Assembly: GCF_032118995.1 (NCBI RefSeq)
Contig: NC_092652.1
Coordinates: 15,688,336-15,752,335, forward strand
Reading direction: 5' to 3'
Origin: Asterias amurensis
Lineage: Eukaryota
Length of the DNA: 64,000 nucleotides
In this document: piece after piece, positions 26,701-37,693 of the stretch
Layout of the letters: the number at the start of each line of letters is the position of its first letter
How positions within the stretch are numbered: position 1 is the stretch's first letter
The notes under the pieces: model-generated
Told to the model about the DNA's origin: nothing
The model's database searches: none
Seen by the model: the letters and a program-made list of their open reading frames with translations, nothing else
Program-made: the position numbers and the translations under genes

Positions 26701-27240
26701 AGACGACAGCGGATCAAAATCAGTTCAAAGTGCAAGTGAAGTAGTGTAGCCATAGCCTATATAGGGCCAAGAAGCAGAGGCCAGGGGAGTCCAGTGTAGG
26801 AAAAGTTTATGTATCCCCTGCCACAACATTTTTTTGGTTATGAAAAAAATTAACAGTACGTAGTAGTTCCACTATTCATGCTATTCTAATTTATTTACTC
26901 ACAAAGTGACAAGTCAAACAAAAGAGACATCCACGTATTCCTTGTTAAAAAATGAACGAACAAGTTGTGGCAGGCGAAAAGTTTTCCCCAGCTAGCAGTG
27001 GCATGCAGAAGATGATGGGATAACTTTCCGTATGGCGCCACCACTTTTTCACTAATTTTTACAAAAAGGGATATATCAATCAGGTAAATAAGTTCCTATA
27101 TTATTTTATATCGAATGAAAAAGTGGTGGCGCCATACGGAAACTTTTCCAGATGATGAACAGTGTGTTTGTTATGTTTTAGTTAAATGTTAGGCATGTTT
27201 TGTCACCATCATCATGGTCATTGTCCATGCCAGTACCTAC

Positions 27241-27399
27241 CGTCTCATCGCCTCGTTTCCCCGTATCACAATTGCTGCTTGCGCCACTCCCAGACCGGCA
27301 CGCAAAGTCACTACTTAGCGCTGTAGTTTTGTCTTTGCTTGAGTCAAACTGAGGCTTGAGGTGCCCCAGGATCACATTGGTACGCTCCCTAGCAGCCAT
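27241..27399 (-). CDS. AGPS: AGPS exon 1 (start codon 27399-27397); encodes MAARERTNVILGHLKPQ...GDET, donor ACG|gtaggt
   Basis: N-terminal Met with PTS2-like nonapeptide RTNVILGHL (human RLRVLSGHL); Kozak aaaATGG; strong GTAGGT donor; phase 0 joins exon 2. Confidence 0.6.
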
Positions 27400-28529
27400 A
27401 TTTTCCCAAGTCAGACAAAGATCTTGATCGGGAAAGTCGGTAATAAAATAAAACTACAGGCAGCCCTGGACTCTCGCTCTCTCCGATGTGCAAACTACAT
27501 TCACAACGTCAACAACGACAACGTGTGTTATGTGAATGGCCTTGTTTTAATAAACTTGCTTAAGTCGCACAAGGGCAAACTACCACACTTACCAATCTAA
27601 TTTTCTTCATTGCATAAATTTAGAAAAATTAAAACGTACTCTTTTTATGATTTAAAAAAAATGAATAAAAGCTTTCTAATATCAAAAATACACCAGTTAA
27701 AAATTATACACAAAATATTTTATGTAATGCTTTATTAAAAGGACTAGTGTAGCTCTAGGTAAATTTCGCATCACGCCATACACGATTCTTTTTGTCAAAG
27801 AAGTAGTGACATGACCAGGGGCGCCCCCTAGACAGGTGGTGAAGTTGGGGCGGGGGTTGAAGGGGGGGGGCTCTAAAATATTGATGTAAGAATATGTGAA
27901 TAAAATCAACAACAACGACAATCTTCGAGTAATACCATTGTTGACGCTGGCAGAATTACCAGCGGGGCATAAACCGTCCGGAACAACAAGGATGAAAAAT
28001 TAATTATTTTTGTCTCAATGCGACTGAACCGGTCGCAAAATGAAAACTCTGGCTGCTCAGCTTGCGACAGTTCGCAGTGAAATTGGGGGGGGGGGGCACG
28101 GAATCGCCGGGGGGGGGGGGCACATAATCATGTTCAATGTGCGCACGAGGGCGCTCTGAGTTTACGAAATGTGAAATGGTTATCAAGATGATCTGAATTT
28201 CTGAATGTCATGCAGGCAGATATTTCCCTCAAAACCAGCAACTAACCTCAGTCTCTGGTAAACGCTCATTCGAGCAAATCAAATAACTGCTTATGTTTCG
28301 TGAAATCCTTTATTAATCTGTTTGAGTGTTCAGGAACTTTTAGTCAAGAATAATATAAATGAGTCAACTGAAAGAATGTAGAGGCTATTTCCCTACACAC
28401 AATAATCATCACACTTAATTAAAACATAACACAGTCAGCATGTAAAAAATAAGAAGAATGATCCAATAGCCTGTAGAGTAAACAATGTGGTTGTGTGCCC
28501 CCCCCCCCGGGGGGGGGGGTGTCTACCCG

Positions 28530-29600
28530 CAAGTAAGTTAGTATTATATACACCCCGCTTGGGCAATTTGCCCAGATCTGTATAGTCTTTGTGCAACTTG
28601 CCCGAAAAGATATACCAACTGAGCAACATAGATCGGCCAACTTGTCTATACATCATGCCCAACTTGGGCAAATTTAATTGTCTACATTATGATACACAAT
28701 GCCCAACTTTGAAAACTTGTAAAAATTGATATCGCGTGCCCCAATCGGGCAATTTGTCGACATTGATATACATTTGCCCCGCTTGAGCAACGTGTCTACA
28801 TGGAATGCCAAACTTGGGCAACTTAGTACGCCCAATTAGGGCAGCTTGCCTACATTGATATCATATACACCGGTTTGACAACTTGTCTATACATTGATAT
28901 ACGCCTCTTGACTAAATTGAACAATTATCTGTCGACATTGATAACTTACGGTATGATACCGTCCCGATTGGGAAACTTGTCCATACTGATAATTATAAAC
29001 CCCGACTTGGCAGTTATTTTGTCTACATTGATATACATATGCCGAACTTGGGCAACTTGTCTACATTAATAATTTGCCGAACTTGGACAACTTGTCTACA
29101 TTAATAATCCGTCCAACTGGGCAACTTGTCTAGCTACATTGACAACTTAGTATGCCCCACTAGGGCAACTTGTCTACATTGCTATTATTTGCTCCAATTT
29201 GGCAGTTATTTTGTCTAACATTGATATAATCAATAGTTACAGGTAAAAACTTTCATACTCACATTGATATCATATGCCGAACTAAGGCAACTTGTCTACA
29301 TTAATAATATATGCCCAACTTGGACAACTTGTCTAGCTACATTGTCATATGTCCAACTTGGGAAAAAAAATCTACATTGATATATTAATATGCCCCACTT
29401 GGACAATTTTTCGACATTGATATACAATAATTTTATGCCCAACTTTGACAACTTGTCTGCCCAACTTGGGCAGCGTGTCTATATACATTATGCCGAACTT
29501 TGACAACTTGTCTACATTCATATCAGTCCAACTTGGGCAACTTGTCTGCATTGCTATAATATACAGTATGCCCGTTAGGGCATTTTGCCTAAATTTATAT
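28530..29600. repeat. Satellite array, ~40-bp degenerate unit (atgcccaacttgggcaacttgtctacattgatat) x ~25
   Basis: about 1.1 kb of tandem variants; flanked by C9G10 and G10-12 homopolymer tracts at 28495-28520 and 28090-28130. Confidence 0.9.
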
Positions 29601-30093
29601 CACAAATTACAGGTAACTGTCATACTCACAGGTGTTTGTTTTAATGATTTTAATGATTTATGTTTGCTATTTCTTCTTCTGTGACTAAACAGAATAAAAC
29701 TATTCTGAAGTAAACAACAATATCTTATAACGGTCTAAACATAATTTTACTTTTAAGAATAATTATGATATACACATTTCGATGAATATAATAGCTATTT
29801 TTTTTCTTCTAATTAGTATGAAGTTGCAATCAATCTTCAATAATGATATTGTTTCAGATAAGATTGAGAAAGAAAAAGCATGTTTCTCCAGATTTGCCTT
29901 TATAACATACAAAGCTGGACATGGTGAAAACTTCCCTTGACAGGTTTGTGCCTGCATGCCGTACTTTGTCTAAAATAACTAAAAACAATAGTTCAGATCT
30001 CACGAGACCAAAAACCTGATGTCCTCAAGATGGAAAAGTACTTTTTTTTCCCCGCACCCTTCTCGTGCCTTCAATTCACGCTTGAGCCTTAAG

Positions 30094-30286
30094 CCCGGTT
30101 CATACTTCCTGCGAATGCGAAACGAATGTTGACGTCACAACTTCGCAACGAAAAATTTGCAGCAGTTCAACTCTGCTCAACTCAATTGCGAATATCGCTG
30201 CGAAAGGAGGGGTGTGACGTCGAATTCACGTCATTTTCGCTTCGAATTCGCATTCGCATGAAGTATGAACTGGGCTTTAATTTACC
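30094..30286. mobile_element. MITE family D (TIR gcccggttcatacttcctgcgaatgcgaa)
   Basis: copies at 22789-22975 and 30094-30286, plus a partial copy around 42780-42880. Confidence 0.75.
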
Positions 30287-30783
30287 CAGACTTGCTATTT
30301 TAATTATATCGGTCATAAAATGTGAATAAATCTTTAAATATAACCATGCAATGTTGTCAACAAAGCCGAAGCCCGTCTCGAACCCCACCCCCAGAGAGAG
30401 GCACCGCAAACAAAATAATACAACAGATTTTACGAACCTAAAACATAATATAGCATTTTTTTTAAAGCGCACTTTATCTGATCTGCACATGCCACGAAAA
30501 CGCCATCGACTCAGCGCTGGGAAGATTTTTTGTTGTGGCCGAAAGCCAGAAATGAGGCAATTAAATTCAGTAGTTTTCCCTGAAACCACGAACAAAGTTA
30601 CTCGGGAAGGTCGGAGTTTGTTTGTTTGTTGTTTGTTCGTTCGCCACTCCCGAGGGCTACCCCTTCCGGAATAAGGGTGCCATATGTAAGCGCAAAACCA
30701 AAACACGCAACCTCAAATCCCATACATCAATCAAATTGATACAAAGGTGTAATTGAGTTTTTTTTTTCAGATGAGCCAGTACC

Positions 30784-31056
30784 ATGGCAACAAAAAATGC
30801 ACCAAATGGCTTGGATAAGGCCTTCAATCAAAAACATTTCCAACATCTGAGCAGGGCACATCATCCCCATACTCCCCAACGGATCAATATGATGACAAAG
30901 GTGGTAAAATTGGGCAGAGCAGACGTGTGGCTCAAGATTAAAGAGCCTAATTGGCAAATGTACCCCATGAGCGAATACTTGAATCGAGTCCTGCACGCCG
31001 TCCTTGAGACAAGCAGCTGCATCCATCTTGATGTGAAAGATGTTATAGGGAAGTGA
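30784..31056 (+). CDS. Uncharacterized plus-strand ORF A (90 aa; MATKNAPNGLDKAFNQKHFQ...YLNRVLHAVLETSSCIHLDVKDVIGK)
   Basis: protein-like composition; possible donor GGGAA|gtgaaa joining ORF B in frame via acceptor ccccacaag at 31225; no recognized domain. Confidence 0.2.
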   Translation: MATKNAPNGLDKAFNQKHFQHLSRAHHPHTPQRINMMTKVVKLGRADVWLKIKEPNWQMYPMSEYLNRVLHAVLETSSCIHLDVKDVIGK

Positions 31057-31238
31057 AATCAAAGCCATCAGAGAAAGAACTTTTGCCCCTTTAAGTTGCT
31101 CTCAAAGAGGGGAAAAATCCGGGAGGAACAGCTGAAACTGATGGAACTCTTAGGAAGGTAATTAGGAAGTGTTTCCCAAAGGGAGAATTACTTTAGCGTC
31201 GTACATAGAAACTGTACCCCACAAGATCCCCACGACTA

Positions 31239-31757
31239 ATGAGCCACCGGTCCGTGTGCCCCATCGAAGAGTACCCCTCACCACTAAATGGCAGACACCA
31301 AGGCTCCTCAGACCCTTATACACACAATATTGATAGCATACGCCTCTGCGTAGACCATCAGGCTATAAAATACAAACAGACAAAGATGACCGACCGTCTG
31401 AACAGCCCAGCAGTTTCCCATAAGCTGATGGAGGTCTTTTTTGGCGATCTCAACATAACAATGGACGTCTCTTTCTATCTTTCGACGATATCCTGGTGTT
31501 TTCCAGCTCCTTTGATGAACACAAAGATTGGAAGTGGTAATCTAGGGCTAATAAAGCCGGAAACCCAGGAAGTGCCACTATTTCCGGAGAGAATGTCAGG
31601 ACACCTGAATGTATATTATTCACAATGTGGGGATATCGGATGGGGAATGTTTTTACGCGAAAAAGGTCACCAGAAGGTCACTGGCATAGAACAATTTCCA
31701 GTGTTGAGTTGTAAGATATTACTTAGGACACTTATAGGGCCTAATACTAATATTTAG
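31239..31757 (+). CDS. Uncharacterized plus-strand ORF B (172 aa; MSHRSVCPIEEYPSPLNGRHQGSSDPYTHNIDS...)
   Basis: 519-nt open frame in AT-rich DNA with no similarity I recognize; could be TE-derived or a novel gene. Confidence 0.2.
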   Translation: MSHRSVCPIEEYPSPLNGRHQGSSDPYTHNIDSIRLCVDHQAIKYKQTKMTDRLNSPAVSHKLMEVFFGDLNITMDVSFYLSTISWCFPAPLMNTKIGSGNLGLIKPETQEVPLFPERMSGHLNVYYSQCGDIGWGMFLREKGHQKVTGIEQFPVLSCKILLRTLIGPNTNI

Positions 31758-32180
31758 GTAAATTCTTACTTAATTTTCTAGAGCCTAGCGTTTACAATAG
31801 ATGTCACAGTAGATGGATTGCACATGACCGCCATCTTTGATGACAAACGATGGACAGATGCACACGTGCATGAGCTGCACACGAGCAAAAACGTGAACGT
31901 GAACGTCGAAAAATGGGCTGTTTCTAAGTGATGTCACAACTTAGAGTATAATTTTTGTATTTTGTACTTACGTACAAGTTGGCCACACCTTCCATTAAAT
32001 CACTGTTTGGGCATTATTGGGAATTTGGTTCTATTATGGGCTACCCGGTGCAAAATGGAGGATATTTCCCCCTGCACCCGTTCGAGAATGAATGAATGAA
32101 GGACGATGGCGTGGTGTGGCGATTTATGTCAAAAGCAAGAAATTATCTTGTCGATCCCTGCCCCAATAAATCTGTTCCAT

Positions 32181-32458
32181 TCATTCCATTTTACCAAACA
32201 GTACTAACTTCGCCCCCATTAACTCCCAATCCAACTCAAATCCTAGTATCGCCTGTATCTCCATTTGGGACACTTTGATGAACTCTTTTGCCTTCATCAC
32301 TGAGTCGGAGAGCTTTTTCTGATCAGTATCCCCTGGATTCGTTGGGTGGACAAGCAAACGAGTAACTATATGACTTTTCGCCATGATTGTCGCCAAGAGC
32401 TGGAAAATCTTATCAATGACGCCCTCGACGTCCAAAACAACTCCATGCGATAGCAACT
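32181..32458 (-). CDS. Unknown proline-rich protein gene, putative terminal exon (ELLSHGVVLDVEGVIDKIFQLLATIMAKSHIVTRLLVHPTNPGDTDQKKLSD...LVLFGKME, stop at 32183-32181)
   Basis: acceptor tgttttag; frame verified against ORF 32181..32507; an alternative donor TTTG|gtaaaa 12 nt before the stop cannot be excluded; no clear AATAAA downstream. Confidence 0.55.
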
Positions 32459-32989
32459 CTAAAACATTAAAACACACAGAATGATTTGGTGAAAGGATCA
32501 TCTTCATAAATATCCTATTTTTATGCAGGTTTGCCGAAATCTAGCAGGAAAAATACCTGCATTCATGTTTATTCATGGACTAATTTCATAAGAATCGATT
32601 TGGCAGCAGGTGATTCCGTAACAATTTCCCTTTCAAAATTAGCATGTTGTGATATGGTATTTCTAGTCTGCCTAATTTTTGTTGTGTTAGCAAAATGGAT
32701 GCTTGGGTGTTTGTTTTTATATAATAAAATAAAAGTTTACAAAGTTTACACGTTTTATAATTTGATGGTATGATTGTTCTACACAATAGTGCACACAGTC
32801 GTACATCATTGCGTATCCGAAGACCTGCTTGATTCCTTTCCATTGCTCTCTTTGAAACAAATCTCTGAAAGTGCCCAATTTATGGCATTAGGACTACCTA
32901 TGTTTAGGTCATAATTTTTATAGATAAAAGGGGAGCCTTAATTGTTTTATGGAACACATTGATTAAACACCATGTTTAAAAATTCTCAC

Positions 32990-33083
32990 CTGATTCTAGT
33001 TTTTCTTTGATGAGTCTGCGTGAGTCAATGTGTTGAACGACGAGAATCTCTTCAAAACCAGGAAAGAATACCCAAGAACCGTT
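32990..33083 (-). CDS. Unknown proline-rich protein gene, exon 3 (NGSWVFFPGFEEILVVQHIDSRRLIKEKLES-)
   Basis: acceptor tgtcacag, donor CAG|gtgaga; phase-consistent with exons 2 and 4. Confidence 0.65.
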
Positions 33084-33342
33084 CTGTGACAATCAAAGAG
33101 TAAAGAAAATTCTCGATCAAACTTAACTACTTTATTTTATAACATTATTGAATTTTGATCTTTACTACATGCATACCCCCCCCCTCTCACCAACGGCCCA
33201 TAGCAATTGTTGTGCTCGTCTCGTCTAAAAAAAGAATTGGGCTAGATTCTTTACAATGAACACTAATTACTACTCAATGAAATTGCTGCATTAAAAAAAT
33301 AAAAAATAAGGAGTGTACAGGCAGAATTCCATAGTAACATAC

Positions 33343-34331
33343 CTGTCCTTGCATGCTAAGGAGGCGTTCTGTGTTGGTCGACATCCCTCTTGGTTGATCT
33401 ATAGATAGAGCACACATCGCCATATCATCCATCCCCATACCATCCATCCCCATGTCAGCCATCCCAATTTCTGCCGCCATTTTGAGACTCTCCCATGGCG
33501 CCCTGGATCGCTCCTCCTCTGATTGTAATCTATCCCAACTTACCCCTGTCAGGGGGACTGCGGGCAGGGATCGAGGTAGGGATCCAAGAGATCGAGGTGG
33601 GGGTGAAGCGGGTACGTACTGAGCGGGTGCCCCTGGGAGGGGTGGGTGTGGGGGTGGAGCGGGTACATACTGAGCGGGTGCCCCTGGGAGTGGTGGATGT
33701 GGGGGTGGAGGGGGTGGAGCGGGTGCAGATTGAGCGGGTGGGTAAGATTCTCCTGGAAGGGGGTGTGGATGTGGGAGTGGAGCGGAAACAGACTGAGCGG
33801 GTGGGTATGTAAGTTCTCCTGGGAGGGGTGGATGTGGGGGTAGAAAGGGTTCAGACAGAGCGCGTGGGTAATGGTGTTCTCTTCTTGGGAGGGGAGGACG
33901 TGTGATACCTTCGGTGAGTAGGGCAATGGGCTCGTCATCTAGTGTACATGTATCGCGATGCATTGCAAGGCCAGTTGGCCTTATCATCTCTATTTCCGTC
34001 TCGTCTAAAGTATCTTCCAAGGACAACTCTTCTTCACGAAGCTCAAGTGATTTGCGACGAATACTTTTCTTAAGCCGGAGTGCTAATTTCGTAAAAACAT
34101 TCTTAGGCTTACGTTTTGGGGTTTCAACAGCTGGTTCGTAATGCACTTCTTTCTTTCGCACCACCACGGATGGCAAAAGGTCCAATTCTTTTGGTTCCGG
34201 CCTCCATTCTTCTTGTAGTACTACAGGGAAGTCTTCCATCATGACTAATTGATCGAATTCGGGTGAAGCTGGAATTTCTATTTCTATAGCTTGCCGTCTC
34301 TCTGGGAGAACTTCAATGGTTAACATCGACT
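33343..34331 (-). CDS. Unknown proline-rich protein gene, exon 2 (989 nt; ESMLTIEVLPERR...HPPLPGAPAQYVPAPPP repeats...ERLLSMQGQ)
   Basis: 330-codon open frame (ORF 33274..34326) in AT-rich DNA; acceptor ctgtacag; donor CAG|gtatgt inside the ORF at 33343; internal ~60-bp coding tandem repeats at 33540-33900. Confidence 0.7.
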
Positions 34332-34430
34332 CTGTACAGATTTAAAAAGAAAACAATTGACTGTAACAGTTGTGAATTCAGTTAACTGCGAACCCCATTA
34401 TTCTACTATCCATACAGAAATATATCCTCA

Positions 34431-34432
<2 letters not shown>

Positions 34433-34493
<61 letters not shown>
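34433..34493. repeat. (CAG)n microsatellite with CAA interruptions, ~80 bp upstream of... just 5' (genomic, higher coordinate) of exon 2 of the unknown gene
   Basis: cagcagcag... run; lies in the intron between exons 1 and 2. Confidence 0.95.
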
Positions 34494-34692
34494 AGAGACA
34501 AAGTACTGCATGCCCATTGTGAATTATCGAAAACAATTTGATAAAGTGCAATTTGGAAACGCACTGATTGAAAATTTAACCTTTCTTCAAGGGAAATATT
34601 CGGGTCTGAGAAAATAGCACTGTTGAGACAACTCTCCTCCAACCCATCATACGTTGTTTATTTCTATATCACAAATGCAAGCAATCGAAACA

Positions 34693-35074
34693 AGCATATT
34701 TAAAGACATTTGACACTATTGGTAATTGTCAAAGACCAGTCTTCTCACTTGGTGTATTTCATAATATGCATTAAATAACAGACCTGTGAAAATAATCTCG
34801 TACCTGTGCGAGATAATAATGCAAGAAAAAACACACTTGTCACACGAAGTTGTGTGCTTTTGTATGGCTGATTTCGAGACCTCAAGTTCTAAACTTGAGG
34901 TCTAGAAATCAAATTCGTGGAAAAATACTTCTTTCTCGAAAACTACGTCACTTCAGAGGGAGCCGTTTCTCACAATGTTTTATACCGTCAACCTCTCCCC
35001 ATTACTCGTTACCAAGTAAGGTTTTATGCTAATAAACTTTTTGAGTAATTACCAATAGTGTCCACTGCCTTTAA
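34693..35074 (+). mobile_element. MITE family A copy (full length), about 140 bp 3' of exon 1 of the unknown gene
   Basis: TIRs gacactattggtaattgtc / accaatagtgtccactgcc. Confidence 0.9.
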
Positions 35075-35211
35075 GGGGCATGGAAAAACATCAGTATTGT
35101 TGAACCACCGTTCAAGCTACATTTGTCCACAATCTGGCAATGTGTGCCCCTTTTTTTAATTAAACGCTTGACCCTCAAATGAAAAGAATTGAGAACAAAT
35201 TTTTTATTTAC

Positions 35212-35305
35212 CGTCATCATCTTCCTGTGATATTTGGGGAGAAAATGGTATGGATGGAACGAGTCGTCTTGCTTTACTCATTGGTTGGTCCTGCTGTCTT
35301 TCCAT
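35212..35305 (-). CDS. Unknown proline-rich protein gene, exon 1 (MERQQDQPMSKARRLVPSIPFSPQISQEDDD-)
   Basis: ATG with purine at -3 and G at +4; donor G|gtaaat; phase joins exon 2. Confidence 0.55.
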
Positions 35306-35499
35306 TTCAATCTTACACCTTCATTGCAACCAAAACCAGCAATATTGTGAGGCTATAAATATGGCGCAATTATTATTAAGGACATTTTACTTGGGGGAGG
35401 GGACAATATATTGTATGTTTGGGTGTGCTGTTTGAGTGAACACTATTTTGTAATAACTCATAAATGCTAGCATAAAAACTTACATGGTATCAAGCAATG

Positions 35500-36650
35500 G
35501 AGAGTAGTACGAAACATTGTAGTATGAAACATTGTGCACTGCAAAAACGTTGGTCAAATTATTTGTTGGGCAAAGTAACTTCAACAATTATTGGTCAATA
35601 ATTGCCCAACAAAACCAATAATTGGTGTTGTTGGGCAAACATTTTGTTTGCCAATTTTTTGTTTAAAAAGCGGAACAAAAGTTGGGCAAGTGTTGGGCAA
35701 ATAATTCGTAATCTGAATTTATCATAACTGTTGGTTACACTTTTGCTTATTTATTGGGCAACTTTTTGGGTAACTTTAATTAATTTTGATTGTTGGTTAA
35801 AATGATGCACATCAGTTGGTCGAAATCATCCGATCATGCGCACTACGATCAAAGAGTTGCCCAAAAGTTGGGTATGGTATAAAAAACATAGCGATATTTT
35901 CCAACATGGCGAGTGGAGGAGTGGCTGTGACGAGCGGGGTTGTCCAGTAGATATAGATCAAATTTGAAGGTTAGTTTTTAACTAAATATGAAGTTGTGTT
36001 TTCTATTCAGTCGTACATAGTCGTGACAGTTGCAGAGCGAGCAACACAGCGACACTACTGTTGAATTAGTTTCAGTTTTTAGTTTCAGTTTCATCATGCC
36101 ATTATGTGCAATGCCGGTTGTGGCATGTATGCGTGTGCTTGCGCTGCAACTGTCACGACTGTGTACAACAACTGAACAGGAAACAAACTGTATTTAGTTA
36201 AAAACTAACCTTCCAAAGCATCTACAAACCACTGAGCACCCTCTCGATTTTGAGAGAGATGTCGAGGTCACAGCTCACTACCGTTTGCCATCGTGGAAAA
36301 GATATTTTCTATGCCTGGTTGTATGACGTATCACAGGAGAAACTGTAAATCAAAGGGTTAAATATGTTCACCATTTGTTGGATAACACCGAAAAGGGTTA
36401 AATCATCGCCCAATAAGTGGATTATTGATAATGTATTAAATACCCAGAAAATGGGTAAACAAAATATTACCCAACTGTTGGTTAGCAAAATATACCCAAC
36501 TATTGATGAGGAAATATACCCAATTATTTGGCAATCAGAGTGCCCAACTTTGATGGGTAATATTTTGCCCAAAAGTTGGAGGAGTTCACTATTCGCCCTT
36601 AATTGGGTAAAAGGTTGGGCATTTTTTTACCCAATTTTTTTACAGTGTGA
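35500..36650. repeat. Large (~1.1 kb) inverted-repeat/foldback structure with a central ~260-bp palindrome (35960-36220)
   Basis: the left arm is rich in ttgggcaa and the right arm in ttgcccaac/ttacccaa motifs; nested perfect inverted repeats tcgtgacagttgcagagcgagcaa / ttgcgctgcaactgtcacga and ggttagtttttaactaaata / tatttagttaaaaactaacc. Confidence 0.7.
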
Positions 36651-37472
36651 GAAAGATTAATTTTCCACGAATTTGATTTCGATACCTCAATAAGATTTTG
36701 AGTTCCCGAAATCAAGCATCTAAAAGCACACAACTTCGTGTGACAAGGGTGTTGTTTTCTTCCATTATTAACTCGCAACTTCGAGGACCAAATGAGTTCA
36801 AGTTGTCACAGGTTTGTTATTTTATGCATACGTTCAGATGCACCAAGTGAGAGGAATGGTCGTTCACAATTACCAGTAGTGTCCAGTGTCTTTAAGCATA
36901 ACCTCTGAAGGAGTTTAGCTGCGGAATGGCTTTGCAATACTACTATTTAATATTTTTATACAAACAAAGCAAACAACGCATGTCTCGTTAATAAAGCAAA
37001 ACTTAGAATGACAGGCGCAGCCATATGATAATCTCATTTTGAAAATAAGTTGGCTATAAGAAGTATACCGGTTGTTTTATTCTCAACATTTCGACTGAAG
37101 CATGTCATTAACCGAGAATGGAATATAAATTATTATCCTTAGCATACAAAGCTTCCAATCCTGCTTCATATTTTAAATTATCGAGATGTCAAGTTCTTTG
37201 GTAAAAAGAGGTTAGACCATATCCAAGTAAGCTTGACGCGCACACAACTTTTCCAAACAAAGAATACCAATGGCAGACTTTGGAGCACGAAGTGGCAGCA
37301 GAATTCAGGTAAATTTCCAGTGATTACGTATAGCTCTGAGCATACGCACATTACCGAGATCAATGAATTTTACCTGGTAAGTCTGCTGCCACCAAGCGTC
37401 CCAAAAACTCCCATTGGCGTAAAGATTATAGTAATTAAACTGCGATGGACTTATTCCCCGGATAATTGTAAA

Positions 37473-37478
37473 TTTATT
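37473..37478 (-). promoter_or_regulatory. PARP4: AATAAA polyadenylation signal candidate for PARP4
   Basis: the minus strand reads gcataataaatttac about 85 nt after the predicted stop. Confidence 0.35.
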
Positions 37479-37560
37479 ATGCGCAGCAGTTTAATGAACT
37501 TAGAGCCCGGCTGCAACTATTTTTTCTGCACATCTAAATTTGCCACTGTCGTAGTGCTTA

Positions 37561-37693
37561 TCAATGGGGAATTTTGCTGTTCGAAATCGATTTAAAAAGG
37601 GAATCCTTACAAAAAACATCTGGAAAATGTTTGAGAATGACATTTCTTATGTGCTGAAGAAAAACGAAATAATGTCCAGATGCGGATGTTGAA
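37561..37693 (-). CDS. PARP4: PARP4 putative terminal exon (TSTSASGHYFVFLQHIRNVILKHFPDVFCKDSLFKSISNSKIPH, stop TGA at 37563-37561)
   Basis: the only acceptor (aaaccag) giving an open frame in the correct phase; weak polypyrimidine tract; AATAAA 85 nt downstream. Confidence 0.4.

Noticed and set aside
28530-29600. Possible CRISPR array (regular ~40-bp repeats)
   Set aside because: The units are contiguous degenerate copies with no unique spacers, the context is a eukaryotic intergenic region, and there are no cas genes; it is a satellite.
33495-33938. ORFs 33495..33812 (+), 33646..33843 (+) and 33549..33938 (-) overlapping the long minus-strand exon
   Set aside because: They are alternative frames or the antisense of the coding 60-bp tandem repeats; only the 33343..34331 minus frame has splice sites and continuity with neighbouring exons.
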